A stretch of DNA of 64,000 nucleotides from Desulfobacterales bacterium. Its GTDB lineage: Bacteria > Desulfobacterota > Desulfobacteria > Desulfobacterales > UBA2174. The notes beneath the pieces were generated by a model. It saw only the letters and a list, made by a program, of their open reading frames with translations, did no database searches and was not told the origin of the DNA. Location: assembly GCA_963668645.2 (NCBI GenBank), contig CAXXWC010000019.1, forward strand, positions 672,001 through 736,000. The letters are read 5' to 3'. Positions 39,270 to 51,266 of this stretch are shown piece by piece; within the stretch, counting starts at the first letter, position 1; each line of letters begins with the position of its first letter. The position numbers and the translations under genes are program-made.

Positions 39270-41216
39270 TCAGTAGCCCGGCGACGGGGTGCCTTCTTCT
39301 TCGAGCGTCCGCTTTTCCCTGAAACGCATCCAGCCGACCATGCCGCAAAACATGCAGATGCCGATCACGTCATAGACCAGACCCGGCACGATCAGCAACA
39401 GGGCGGTAAACACGGCAAAGACCCGCAGGTAGATATTGACCGGCCCACGGTAGTAGCCCACTGTGCCGATGGCCATGAGATTGGCCGAAATCACGGTCAC
39501 CACGACGGTCTGGACGATGGCATACCATTTTCCCATCATCAACACCGAAGGCCGGAAGATAAAGAAAAACGGGATGATATATTTCATGATGGCAAGACGT
39601 ATCGAAACGATGGCCACCTTGATCCAATCGGCCTTGGCGATGCTGGCCGCCGTAAAAACGGCGGTGCAAACCGGCGGGGTCAGTCCGGACAAAATAGCGC
39701 AGTAAAAAATGAACATGTGGGCCGACAGCGGCGCGACGTCCATCATTTGCAATGCCGGCCCGACCACCGAGGCGGCCAGCACGTAAGCGGCCGTGGTGGG
39801 AATGCCCATGCCGAGGATAAGGCTCACCATGGCCGCCAGGATAAGGGCGAACACCAGATGGCCGCTGCTGGCACCGATGATCAGTTCGCTCAGCTTGATG
39901 CCCATCCCGCTCAGGGAAATCATCGAGATGGTCATCTGGGCGCAGACCAGCAGACTGACAACGGTGATCATCCCCCTGCCCGAATCCTCGATGCCCTTGT
40001 AAACCACCAGGCAGCGCTTCTTGAAGGCCGCCTTGGTCAAGGGGTTGAAAAACAGGTAAAGAACCAGGTTGGTCACCACCGCCAAAAAGGCGGCCTTGGT
40101 GGGGGTGTGCCCCATGAACAGGCTCGTGAGCAAAACGGCGATGGTCACGCCCACCGGGCCGATGGTCTTCCAGTTAAAGACGGAACGCACCGAAGGGATC
40201 TCCTCGGGCGGGACCCTGGACATGTCGATTTTGCGTGCCTCCAAATCGATGCTCACCCAGACGCAGATGTAAAACAAGAGTGCCGGCAGGGTCGCGGCGA
40301 AGGCGATTTTCAGATAGGGTTCGCCGATCAGCTCACTCATGATAAAGGCACCGGCGCCCATGATGGGAGGGGTGATCTGCCCCCCGGACGAAGCGGTGGC
40401 CTCCACGCCGCCGGCAAAATGATTGCTGTAGCCGAGGCGCTTCATCATTGGAATCGTGAAGTTGCCGGTGGTGGCCACGTTGGCGATGGCGCTTCCCGAA
40501 AGCATGCCGAACAGGCCGCTGGCCACTGTGGCCACCTTGGCCGCGCCGCCGTAGGAGCGGCCGCCGAACAGCAGGGCGATCTGCATGAAACTGGCCGCGC
40601 CCCCGGTGGCCAGCAGGATCGAACCGAAGATGATGTAGGCCGCCACCAGGGTGGCCGATATGCCGGTGAGCACCCCCCAGACCCCTTCGGGCCCCAGGTA
40701 GAGATATTCGACGATATAGCCGAGTTGAAACCCGCAGTGCCCCCAGTAACCGGGGATGTAGGCGCCGAAATAGGCGTAGGCCATGCAAAGGGTCGCCATC
40801 AGTGGCAGCAGGATTCCCGTTGCCCGGCGGGCCGACTCCAGCGCCAGGGCGATCAGTGCGATCCCCATAACGATTTCATAGGATTGCGCCGCCACCCCGA
40901 TGCCTTCCATCAGGCGGTTGTAATTAAAAACGATGTAAAGACAGAGCCCGCCTGAAACCAGTGCCAGCATAATATTGAAAAGGCTCGGTCCCCTGGGCAG
41001 GGTCTTGTGCTTGACCGCCGGCAGCACCAAAAAGGCCAGCACAAGGCTGAATCCTGCATGGATGGCCCGCTGAATCATGTTGGGAAACTGGCCGAAACCG
41101 GCGGTGTACAATTGGAAAAGAACGAAAAATACACTCAGGATTCCGACAATGTGCTCGAAAATGATCCCGCGCCGGCCGCCGGGCGCTTCATGCTGGATAT
41201 CGCTGTTATTGGTCAT
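39270..41216 (-). CDS. TAXI-TRAP transporter fused 4TM/12TM permease (module A)
   Basis: SGSAIANVATTG, ASSGGQITPPIMGAGAF, LGMGIPTTAAY and TPPV motifs. Confidence 0.94.
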   Translation of the reverse strand: MTNNSDIQHEAPGGRRGIIFEHIVGILSVFFVLFQLYTAGFGQFPNMIQRAIHAGFSLVLAFLVLPAVKHKTLPRGPSLFNIMLALVSGGLCLYIVFNYNRLMEGIGVAAQSYEIVMGIALIALALESARRATGILLPLMATLCMAYAYFGAYIPGYWGHCGFQLGYIVEYLYLGPEGVWGVLTGISATLVAAYIIFGSILLATGGAASFMQIALLFGGRSYGGAAKVATVASGLFGMLSGSAIANVATTGNFTIPMMKRLGYSNHFAGGVEATASSGGQITPPIMGAGAFIMSELIGEPYLKIAFAATLPALLFYICVWVSIDLEARKIDMSRVPPEEIPSVRSVFNWKTIGPVGVTIAVLLTSLFMGHTPTKAAFLAVVTNLVLYLFFNPLTKAAFKKRCLVVYKGIEDSGRGMITVVSLLVCAQMTISMISLSGMGIKLSELIIGASSGHLVFALILAAMVSLILGMGIPTTAAYVLAASVVGPALQMMDVAPLSAHMFIFYCAILSGLTPPVCTAVFTAASIAKADWIKVAIVSIRLAIMKYIIPFFFIFRPSVLMMGKWYAIVQTVVVTVISANLMAIGTVGYYRGPVNIYLRVFAVFTALLLIVPGLVYDVIGICMFCGMVGWMRFREKRTLEEEGTPSPGY

Positions 41217-41314
41217 TTTTCCTCCCGGGCCCGCAAAAGCCCGCTTCGCAAACCCGATCAGTTGTCAAACTTGAACGGCGGCAACCCTGCGAGCCGCCGC
41301 CGCCGTCACACTCG

Positions 41315-42325
41315 CTATTTCATCTCGGGGGGAATCAGGTTTTGCGGGATCTCGTATCCCTTCTCCCGAAAGTAGCGCACCGCACCGGCATGCAGCGGAA
41401 ACTTGGCATATGTCAGAGTCTCCTTGCCGATGTCGAAGCCGACCATGGCCTTGTAGGCCGCCTCTTGATACTGCCGGGCCTCATGAACGCCTTTGAGCAG
41501 CCAATAGACCTGATCGGCGGTCAGGCTGTCATAATAGGAGATATAACCGATGCACTGCACCGGGGTAGTGTAGGTGGGGATCCCCGGATTGGTCCCTTCC
41601 TCGATCCGGGCGAAGTTCAAAAACGGCATGGCTTTTTCCACCACGGCAACCTTGTCCTGCGGCCAGTCGAGGATGGTGATCTTGTTAAACGCCTGGATCT
41701 CCTTGGTTGAGGCGTCCAGATAGAGCCCGGCGCCGGCCTTGGCGTAGCCGACGATGCGGTTGTCCTTCAGGGCCGCCACCGCGTCGGCCAGGCTGCCCCG
41801 GTAGTAATCCGGCTCGACGCCCACCAACCCGAGGATCTGCTGGACGAGCTGCTCGGTGGCCGAGCCGCGCAGGCCGGGGCAGAATTTTTTGCCGTTCAGT
41901 CCTTCGAGGGTCGTGATTCCGCTGTCAGCCCTGACGATGTAATTGGATGCATTGACGCTGTAAAGCCACAGGGCGCGAATCTTGGGCCGGGGGCTGTCCT
42001 TGTATTTGCCAAGGCCCTTGTAGGCTTGGAAAAATGTGGCATAGGTCCCCAAGCCGAAGTGGATCTGGCCACGGTTGATCCGTTCCAGGTTGTCCACCGC
42101 CCCGCCGGTGGCCACCACCGTCACATTGACCTTGTCGCCGCATACTTGGTTGATCGATTTGCCCGCGGCCACCGCATAGACATAGTGGCTCGATGAGGTG
42201 CTGGTGGACCCGGAAAGCAGGCGATCGGGCGCTGCCTGCACCGGGCCATAGAAGCACAGGGTGCAAAGCATCACGATTGACAGGATTATCGCCGCCGATA
42301 TCGGCACTCGTCTGAATTCAGACAC
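41315..42325 (-). CDS. TAXI-family TRAP substrate-binding protein (module A)
   Basis: Signal peptide; ATGGAVDNL; C-terminal PLHAGAVRYFREKG. Confidence 0.92.
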   Translation of the reverse strand: MSEFRRVPISAAIILSIVMLCTLCFYGPVQAAPDRLLSGSTSTSSSHYVYAVAAGKSINQVCGDKVNVTVVATGGAVDNLERINRGQIHFGLGTYATFFQAYKGLGKYKDSPRPKIRALWLYSVNASNYIVRADSGITTLEGLNGKKFCPGLRGSATEQLVQQILGLVGVEPDYYRGSLADAVAALKDNRIVGYAKAGAGLYLDASTKEIQAFNKITILDWPQDKVAVVEKAMPFLNFARIEEGTNPGIPTYTTPVQCIGYISYYDSLTADQVYWLLKGVHEARQYQEAAYKAMVGFDIGKETLTYAKFPLHAGAVRYFREKGYEIPQNLIPPEMK

Positions 42326-42485
42326 GATCAGCTCCTTTCATCTGTTAATATGAATTGTTGCTGGTCTTGGGTTGCAGTGAAAAGGCCGTTTTCCCCTTTC
42401 TTTGATGCGCCGCCGGTTTATCGGGCTGGTTGAATATTATGGCCTGCAAAGAACATGCATCATCGCGTGCCTGGAGCACAAACGC

Positions 42486-43811
<1,326 letters not shown>

Positions 43812-43986
43812 GACCGGTTTCCTTTCCTCTTCGGACAGGTGCATCGCTGTCGTTGCCTCGGCACCTGGGCAGGCAACGCACTGCCTTGCCAAGGCCTGGC
43901 GCGGTGCGATGCCACCGGGTTGGGCGGCATCGCACCGTCTGTTCTTGCGGCCGGACAGGCCGATGCAGCTGACCTCTTTGCGACGA

Positions 43987-44202
43987 CTAACCGATCACGG
44001 CAAGAAGTGCGTCCTTGGCCACCGCCTTGCCGGCTTCCACCGGCAGTTCGAGGATCGATCCGGCCACGGTCGACACCACCGGCATTTCCATCTTCATGGC
44101 TTCCATGGTCAAGATCTTCTCGTGCAGCGCGACGCTGTCGCCGACCTTCTTGACGACCTCGATGATTTTGCCGGGCATTGGTGATTTGATTTCAGTGGAC
44201 AT
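43987..44202 (-). CDS. Stand-alone biotin carboxyl carrier protein (module A)
   Basis: SPMPG and EAMKM biotinylation motif; 71 aa. Confidence 0.93.
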   Translation of the reverse strand: MSTEIKSPMPGKIIEVVKKVGDSVALHEKILTMEAMKMEMPVVSTVAGSILELPVEAGKAVAKDALLAVIG

Positions 44203-44262
44203 CTGTTTTTCCTTTCGGTTTTGACGTATTACGGTGGTTACGGCGCCTCGGATCTGGCGATG

Positions 44263-45804
44263 CTAGTAGGATGTGGGCCAGCAGTGCATCAGATGCTTGC
44301 CGACCCCGCCCGACTTGATGTTCTTGTGGTAGGCGACCATATCGGTCAGCCAGGCACGGGTCTGGCACGGATCGATCACGTCGTTGAGGTTGAAGATTCC
44401 CGCCGCTTCCCAGGGTGCGGTGTCCTTGCCCATGACCTTCATCTTTTCGGCGAATTTTTCAGGATCATCCGACTTTTTCAGATTGTAGACCACGTTGATG
44501 CCGGTCTCCGGATCCATAAAACTGATCTCGGCCGAGGGCCAGGCGACGATGGTGTCCGAGTTGCGCCCCCCGCCCATGTTGAGAAAGGCCTGGCCGTAGG
44601 TCTTGCGCACGATGATGGTGATCTTGGGCACCGTCACCAGGGTCAGCGCATTCATGAAGTTGATGATCTTTCCGGTTATTTTCCGTCTTTCACCCTCTTT
44701 GCCCACCAGAAAGCCCGGGGTGTCCACCAGCATGACGATGGGGATGTTGTATGAATCGCACAGCACCAGGAAGCTGGTGATCTTCTCGCAGGCATCCGCG
44801 TCCATGGCGCCGGCGATATGCAGCGGATTGTTGGCCACAATACCCACCGACTGGCCGCCGACCCGTGCCAGGGCGGTGACGGCCGAGCGGGCAAAATTTT
44901 CCTTGACCTCGAACAGATCCTCGCCGTCCACGATGCAGCGCAGGATCTGGCGCATGTCGTAGATCGCCCGGGGGCTTTCGGGCAGCAGATCGAGGATCTT
45001 GTCCATCTTGTCCCCGGAGCCGGCCGGCACCGGCGCCGTAGGCGGCGCCAATTGGCTGTTGGACGGCAGAAAAGACAAGAACTTGCGCACCGCGGCGAGA
45101 CATTCCTCATCGGTCTCGCACACCACGTCAGCCAGCCCGGTCACCTCGCTGTGCAACTGCCAGCCGCCCATCTCCTCCGGATCGGTGGCCTCTCCGGTGG
45201 CCAGGGAGGTCACCTTGGGGCTCGAAACCGCCAGTACGGCTCCCTTGCGCTGGATCCTGAAATCGGACATCATCGTGTACCAGGTGGGGCTGCCGTAGCA
45301 GGGCCCCAGCATGCAGGCCACCCAGGGCGCCTCGCGCAGGCGCTGGTACTGGGCCCCGTCGCCGCCGAGCTGGGTGACCATGCCCCTGGCGCCCATGATG
45401 TCCGGCATCCTGGCGCCGCCGGCCTCGCCCATGAAGACAAACGGAATTCCCCGCTCGCAGGACATCCGTTTGCAGTAGCCCACCTTCTTGCCGTTGACCC
45501 CGGCGCTGGACGCGCCCAGCACCGTCAGATCACAGGACATGGCCACCACCGGGCGCTGGTCGATCTTGCCGAATCCGCAGACCTTGCCGTCGCAGGGCGA
45601 CCGGTGGGCCATGGCCGGCTGATCCGAATGGGAAAAAAGGCCGACCTCCTGAAAAGTGCCTTCATCCAGCACGGCATCCATCCGCTCTCTGGCGTTGAGC
45701 CATCCTTTTTCTTTGTAATAGGCAAGCTTTTTCTCCCCGCCCATTCCCAAAGCGGCCTTGCGTTTCTCCTCGAATGTTTTCATCTGTGCTTCGAACGCGG
45801 CCAT
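44263..45804 (-). CDS. Acyl-CoA carboxyltransferase subunit (module A)
   Basis: ARER, GGARMPD, EEMGG, LVDTPGFLVG and AWPSAEI motifs; GAGGAGG RBS. Confidence 0.93.
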   Translation of the reverse strand: MAAFEAQMKTFEEKRKAALGMGGEKKLAYYKEKGWLNARERMDAVLDEGTFQEVGLFSHSDQPAMAHRSPCDGKVCGFGKIDQRPVVAMSCDLTVLGASSAGVNGKKVGYCKRMSCERGIPFVFMGEAGGARMPDIMGARGMVTQLGGDGAQYQRLREAPWVACMLGPCYGSPTWYTMMSDFRIQRKGAVLAVSSPKVTSLATGEATDPEEMGGWQLHSEVTGLADVVCETDEECLAAVRKFLSFLPSNSQLAPPTAPVPAGSGDKMDKILDLLPESPRAIYDMRQILRCIVDGEDLFEVKENFARSAVTALARVGGQSVGIVANNPLHIAGAMDADACEKITSFLVLCDSYNIPIVMLVDTPGFLVGKEGERRKITGKIINFMNALTLVTVPKITIIVRKTYGQAFLNMGGGRNSDTIVAWPSAEISFMDPETGINVVYNLKKSDDPEKFAEKMKVMGKDTAPWEAAGIFNLNDVIDPCQTRAWLTDMVAYHKNIKSGGVGKHLMHCWPTSY

Positions 45805-45833
45805 TACTTCCTCCTCTTTGTTTTCTTCTTCGG

Positions 45834-46502
45834 TTAACAGACCCATTTTTTATATTTGATCAGACATTCGGTGGCATTCTGGAGGTTCTCGCGCTTCAGC
45901 CGTTCGGCCTCGTTGGCATCTCCCTCCATGATCGCTTTGAGCACCGCCCGGTGCTCCTGCACGGCCTCCTGCACCCGCCCCGGCAGGATGACGATGCGCC
46001 GCTGGACGATCTGGATCTTGGAAAAAAGTGAAGTGACCAGCTTGGACAGTTCCTCGTTTTGCGCGGCGGCCAGCATCCGCTGGCGAAATTCGACAATCAG
46101 CAGGAAATACTTGTCAAAATCGAGCTGTTCGACGCACTCCTGCAAGGGGGCCCCGAATTCCATCTCCAGGTCCTGCCAGTCTTCGGCCGACGTTTTTTGG
46201 GCCGCCAGGCGGGCCGCCAGGCTTTCGAGGCTCTGGCGTATCTCCATGATTTCGATCAGGGTATCGAAGTCGATGGTCCTCACGGTGACCCCTTTGTTCG
46301 GCTGCTTGCCCACCAGCCCCTCGACTTCCAGGGCGCTCAACACCGACCGCACCACCGAACGACTGACGCCGAACTCTTTGAGCAGATCGCTTTCGACCAG
46401 CTTCTTGCCGGGCGGGATCTGGCCACTGACGATCATTTTCCGCAACGCATCGAGCATTTCGCCGCGGGAGGCAGCCGGGGAGGCTTTGGGTTTATTTTTC
46501 AT
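45834..46502 (-). CDS. GntR/FCD-family regulator 1
   Basis: wHTH PGKKLVESDL...GVSRSVVR; FCD EHRAVL. Confidence 0.92.
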   Translation of the reverse strand: MKNKPKASPAASRGEMLDALRKMIVSGQIPPGKKLVESDLLKEFGVSRSVVRSVLSALEVEGLVGKQPNKGVTVRTIDFDTLIEIMEIRQSLESLAARLAAQKTSAEDWQDLEMEFGAPLQECVEQLDFDKYFLLIVEFRQRMLAAAQNEELSKLVTSLFSKIQIVQRRIVILPGRVQEAVQEHRAVLKAIMEGDANEAERLKRENLQNATECLIKYKKWVC

Positions 46503-46916
46503 TTTTCCGTCCCGTTGCGGCGATTTCGGCGGATTGCCCAGACACCTTACGCCGCGTCGTTAATTATGTACCATTTTATGTTGCTGAAAATGATTACAAG
46601 AGACTTAACTTAAGTGTCAAGTGTTTTTGTCGATAAAATTGGTGACAATCATGGTAACAGACATTTTTACAATGATTGTCCCGGTGGCGGCAGCGCCCGG
46701 GTCATTCATTACATATTGAAATACCTAAATTTTTTTCAGCTTATGGAAGGACGCCACCGATGAAAGGGTACAGGTTTGCTGCTATGGATTGGGCAAAAGT
46801 TGCAGGTGCAAGAAGGCGCGACGGGGATCTGAAACGGTCGGCAGGGACGATCAGCGAGGTTTTTGCCGGTGACGGGCGCCGGACAGGCCGCCACCCGTGC
46901 AAAAAGGCGCGGGCAC

Positions 46917-47585
46917 TCAGAGCACCCACTTTTTGTACTTTTTCAGCATGGCGATGGCGCTGCGCAGGTTTTCGCGTTTTAGGGCCTCGGCCTTTTGCCC
47001 ATCGCCGGAAACAATCGCCCGAAGGATCTCCCGGTGCTCGGCCAGCCCGACCTGGAGCCTGCCGGGCAGCAGGATCAACCGCCGCTGGACGATGCGCATC
47101 TTGGCGTAAATCCGGTCGGCCATGTCGGAAAGTTCCTGGTTAGCCGCGGCCTCGAGCAGACGGCTCTGGAATGTATTGACCAGGGCCAGGTACCCGTCTA
47201 GATCCTTTTCCCTGACCTTTTCTTCCATACATTCGCCGAAGGCGTCGACCAGATCCTGCCAATCGGCCGCGGTGGTGTTCTCGGTCGCCAGGCGCGCAGC
47301 CAGGCCCTCAAGCACCTCGCGGACTTCCATGATCTCGAAAAGGGTCTTGAGGTCGATCCGGCGGATGGTCGCCCCCTTGTTGGGCTCCTTTTGCACCAGG
47401 CCCCGGCTTTCCAGGTCCTGGAGCAGCTCCCGGGCCATCTGGCGGCTGATCCCGAACTCCTGGGCCAGATCGTTCTCCACCAGTTTACTGCCCGGAAGGT
47501 ACTCGCCTTCCACGATACGATGCCGCAGTATGTCCAACACCTCGACTCGATCAAGGCCCTTTACGGGCTTTCCGGTTTGCGCCAT
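46917..47585 (-). CDS. GntR/FCD-family regulator 2
   Basis: PGSKLVENDLAQEFGISR; close paralogue of 56150-56818. Confidence 0.92.
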   Translation of the reverse strand: MAQTGKPVKGLDRVEVLDILRHRIVEGEYLPGSKLVENDLAQEFGISRQMARELLQDLESRGLVQKEPNKGATIRRIDLKTLFEIMEVREVLEGLAARLATENTTAADWQDLVDAFGECMEEKVREKDLDGYLALVNTFQSRLLEAAANQELSDMADRIYAKMRIVQRRLILLPGRLQVGLAEHREILRAIVSGDGQKAEALKRENLRSAIAMLKKYKKWVL

Positions 47586-47638
47586 CCGAGTTCCTCCATG
47601 TATTTTAGGCCCTTTGCAGGGTCGGCGGGATTGCAGCG

Positions 47639-47677
47639 ATTATATGCAAACCTGAAAGGTTGTCAATCTTGTCGGCA
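47639..47677 (-). promoter_or_regulatory. Sigma70 promoter of gntR2 with an adjacent operator-like motif
   Basis: Minus-strand TTGACA (47661-47666), 16-nt spacer, TATAAT (47639-47644); TTGTCGGCA at 47669-47677. Confidence 0.7.
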
Positions 47678-47979
47678 CCACTGCAGCAATTATCGGCGGC
47701 TCTTCTCGCGGCGCCTTGGCAGCCTGTGGATAAAACGGATCAGGCTTTCAGACCGGCTGCGGCCTGGCATGCAAAGCTCGGCATATCAGGGGCGTGCAAA
47801 CCTTCTCGACGCGACTGCAGCGTCGCATGGCGCGCTTTCAGAAAAAAACAGGACAAGGCACGGTAGCATATCAGGTGGGCAGAAGATTATACGGACGCTT
47901 GCGGGAACAACAGGCGAAGATCACACCACAGGGGTCGAAGCATAGATCAGCCTCGGGCCGCCCACGTTCGGGATGCGCA

Positions 47980-49191
47980 TCATTCCGGCCACCGTTTTGC
48001 GTCGGCCCGATCGCGAATCAGAAGCACCGCCGGAACCGCAACAATCCCCACCAGGCCGTTTAGAAGGAAGGCCGAACCGAGGCCCCACCGGTCCCCGACC
48101 CAGCCCATGACCACCGCCGCCAGGGCCGTTGCCGCAAAGTTGACGGTGGTGTAAAGACCGTTGGCGGCCCCTTTTTCGTCCTGGAAGGTTTCCTGAAGCA
48201 CGGCCATATTCACCGGCGCGATGGTAAAAATGAAGCACCCCAGAAGTGCCAGCACCGGGTAGAGGATCCATCCTTGGGCATAGACCATGGCCAGCTGGAG
48301 CGCTCCGGAGAGCAAAAAGAAGAGCAGCAGGACCGGGCGGGCGCCGTATCGGTCGCAGGCATATCCGCCCAGCAGGGTCCCGAAAATGCCAAAAAACTGC
48401 ATCAGCGCAAAAGCGAGCCCGCCGATCCAGACGCTCTGGCCGGTGGAGACGAGGTAGGTGGGAAGAAAGGTCACCAGCGTCCCCACCATCACCGCGCGGG
48501 CGATGATCACCGAAGAGAGCGGCACCATGCGAACCACCAGCTTTTTCCAGGACGATGCTGTCCGCGAAGTGGAAGGGAGGGCCTCGGGCAGGTCCACCCG
48601 GCGAAGATAGACCAGCAAAAGAAGAGAAAAAACAATGCCGAAGCCCATCAGCGGATAAAGCCCCTCAAAGCCCAGCACCGTGATGCTCCAGGCCGCAAAG
48701 ACCGGACCCAAGGCCCGCGAGGCCTCCCCGCCGAGCATCCAGAAACCCATCCCCCTTCCGTATTGTCCGGGCGTGCTTCGGGCGATAATCACCGGGCCGA
48801 GCACATGCATCAGCACCGAACTGATTCCGGCGACAAACAGCAGGAGGCAGACGCTGGCATAGCCCGAAGCCATGCCAAGCAACGACATGCCGATAGCCGT
48901 GACAGCCGGAGCGAGGGCGGCCAGCACCCGCAGGTCCTTGCGGTCCGCCACTCGCCCGATAAATGGACTCCAGAAGGTCGGCAGGCGGAAAATAAGTGTA
49001 AAGCTTCCCGCCGCCAGCAGGCTCAAGCCGATCTTTTCGATCAGCAGGGGCAAGACCACCGGCAGGAAGCTGGAAAACACGTCATGGACAAAGTGGGCGG
49101 CCGAAATGCTTATGGCAACGGCCATCGCCTGGCCCGGGCCCCCCTGCACCGCCTTTGCGGCAATCTCCTTGTTTCCCGTCTGGAATTCCAT
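47980..49191 (-). CDS. MFS transporter (Fsr-like efflux)
   Basis: AHFVHD...LPVVLP, GRVADR and GYACDRYGAR motifs; ~12 TM. Confidence 0.88.
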   Translation of the reverse strand: MEFQTGNKEIAAKAVQGGPGQAMAVAISISAAHFVHDVFSSFLPVVLPLLIEKIGLSLLAAGSFTLIFRLPTFWSPFIGRVADRKDLRVLAALAPAVTAIGMSLLGMASGYASVCLLLFVAGISSVLMHVLGPVIIARSTPGQYGRGMGFWMLGGEASRALGPVFAAWSITVLGFEGLYPLMGFGIVFSLLLLVYLRRVDLPEALPSTSRTASSWKKLVVRMVPLSSVIIARAVMVGTLVTFLPTYLVSTGQSVWIGGLAFALMQFFGIFGTLLGGYACDRYGARPVLLLFFLLSGALQLAMVYAQGWILYPVLALLGCFIFTIAPVNMAVLQETFQDEKGAANGLYTTVNFAATALAAVVMGWVGDRWGLGSAFLLNGLVGIVAVPAVLLIRDRADAKRWPE

Positions 49192-49219
49192 TCTTGCCCC
49201 GAGATCCACCGGTATGGGG

Positions 49220-51151
49220 TCACTGTCCTTCGGTTATCGGCGCGTAGCCGGACATCGCCTGCATCTTACGCTTGCTGCTGCGAGAGCGCAGGTTGACGAT
49301 ACCTATGAAAAGGACCACCGCCAAACCGACGATATCGGTCGCGGTGTTGGAAATCAACAAAAGCACGCTGCCGGTAAAGGCGACGACGCGGTTCATCGGC
49401 GAAAAATCGGTGAACAGATAACCGCAAAACGCGGCGGACATCATGACGGTTCCCACAAAGGCCGTCAAGAAGCTAATAACGATAAAGCCGCTGCTTCCCT
49501 CCAGCAGCAAAGCCGCATTGTAGGCAAAGACGTAAGGGATGATGTACTTGACGAAACCGAGCTTGGCAGCAATCACCCCGGTCTTCATGACGTTGGCCTC
49601 TGCGATGGCCGCACCGGCATAGGCCGCCAGCGCCACCGGCGGTGTGATGGCCGAAAGCAGGCATGAATAGAACACGAACATATGAGCGGAGATCGGAATC
49701 AAGCCCATCTCGATCAGAGACGGGGCGGCGATCATCGATACGATGATGTAGGCCGGAGCGGTCGGAACCCCCATGCCCAGGACCAGACATGCCAGCATGA
49801 CCAAAACCAGCATCAGCGGGAAAATGCCTTGTGAGAGGGCGAGAATGATATCGACGAATTTGATCCCCAGACCGGTGATATCCAGGCACCCGACCACCAC
49901 ACCGGCGCAGGCGCAGCACGATGCGATGACCACGGCGTTTTTGGCCCCGGCCATCAGGGCCCCAATGAACTCTTCCAGGCTGAGGCGGCTCGATTTTCGC
50001 GCCATGGCGACGACCATCAGCGCGACGATGGCCACAAAGGCGGCCCGAAACGGGGTAAAGCCCTTGATCAGCACAAAAACGAGCAGAAAAATCGGAACGA
50101 TGAAATGGAACCCGCTGTAAACGGTCTCCTTGAGTGGCGGCAATGAAGATTTGGGGACCCGCCCCAGATTCATCCGCAACGCCTCCAGGTGGGTCGAGGC
50201 GAACAGCGCGACGAAATAGAGCAACGCCGGCAGCAGGGCCGCCTTGCAGATGGAAAGGTAGGAGACCCCCATGATCTCGGCCATGATAAAGGCCGCGGCC
50301 CCCATGATGGGCGGCATGATTTGCCCCCCGGCCGAGGCGGCCGCCTCCACCGCACCGGCGTATTCGGGCTTATATCCCATTTTCTTCATCAGCGGGATCG
50401 TGAAGGTGCCCGTTCCGTAGACGTTGGCCACCGAATGGCCCGAAATGGTGCCGAACAGGCCGCTTGCGATGACCGACACCTTTGCCGGCCCTCCGATGGC
50501 CCACCCCACCGCCGAGAGGCTCAAATCGATGATAAATTTACCGGCGCCGGTTTGCTCGAGCAGGGCCGCAAAGAGGATGAACAAAAAGACGAAAGTCGCC
50601 GACACGCCCAGCGGCACCCCGAAGATGGCATGCGGCGTCATGAACATGTGATCGATGAAGATTCTCAAATTGGGCGAACGGATGGTAAACGGATACGGCA
50701 GGTGCTGGCCGATGAGCGTATAACCCACAAAAATTATGGCCACAATCGGCAGCGCGGCGCCGGTCACACGACGCGTCACCTCCAGCAGCAGCACCAGGGT
50801 CACCCAGCCGATGGTGATGTCCAGCGCCGTCATTTCTCCGGTATACCATTCCCTCGACACGATCCGGTCATGGTGAAAAAGAAGATAAAAATCGATCAGC
50901 AGGCACAGAAGCGCAAGGACCACGTCCAGAATCGCGGTTTTTTCCTTGGGCCATGTCTTTTTCGCCGGCCAGATCAGAAACCCGAGGGTCATCAGCGTCA
51001 GCAGGTGGATGGTGCGCAGACTGTAGGCCTCGATGATTCCAAAGGCCCCGGTGTAAAGGTGAAACAACGAGATGGAGATGGCGGTAATGGCGGTAAACAG
51101 CGTGATGGCGTTGATGGTTGAATTCGGCTTCGGAAAAATGCTCGATAACAT
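49220..51151 (-). CDS. TAXI-TRAP transporter fused permease (module B)
   Basis: SGHSVANVYGTG, GGQIMPPIMGAAAF and LGMGVPTAPAY motifs. Confidence 0.94.
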   Translation of the reverse strand: MLSSIFPKPNSTINAITLFTAITAISISLFHLYTGAFGIIEAYSLRTIHLLTLMTLGFLIWPAKKTWPKEKTAILDVVLALLCLLIDFYLLFHHDRIVSREWYTGEMTALDITIGWVTLVLLLEVTRRVTGAALPIVAIIFVGYTLIGQHLPYPFTIRSPNLRIFIDHMFMTPHAIFGVPLGVSATFVFLFILFAALLEQTGAGKFIIDLSLSAVGWAIGGPAKVSVIASGLFGTISGHSVANVYGTGTFTIPLMKKMGYKPEYAGAVEAAASAGGQIMPPIMGAAAFIMAEIMGVSYLSICKAALLPALLYFVALFASTHLEALRMNLGRVPKSSLPPLKETVYSGFHFIVPIFLLVFVLIKGFTPFRAAFVAIVALMVVAMARKSSRLSLEEFIGALMAGAKNAVVIASCCACAGVVVGCLDITGLGIKFVDIILALSQGIFPLMLVLVMLACLVLGMGVPTAPAYIIVSMIAAPSLIEMGLIPISAHMFVFYSCLLSAITPPVALAAYAGAAIAEANVMKTGVIAAKLGFVKYIIPYVFAYNAALLLEGSSGFIVISFLTAFVGTVMMSAAFCGYLFTDFSPMNRVVAFTGSVLLLISNTATDIVGLAVVLFIGIVNLRSRSSKRKMQAMSGYAPITEGQ

Positions 51152-51266
51152 ATCTCGACCCCGCCTGCTTTGCCGGCAGGCGGTTGGGCAACAACGCCCC
51201 CCCGCCCGCCGGTAAAATCCAATAAATGGAATGTGTTTTCAGCCTTACGACAATCGCTGTGCCGTG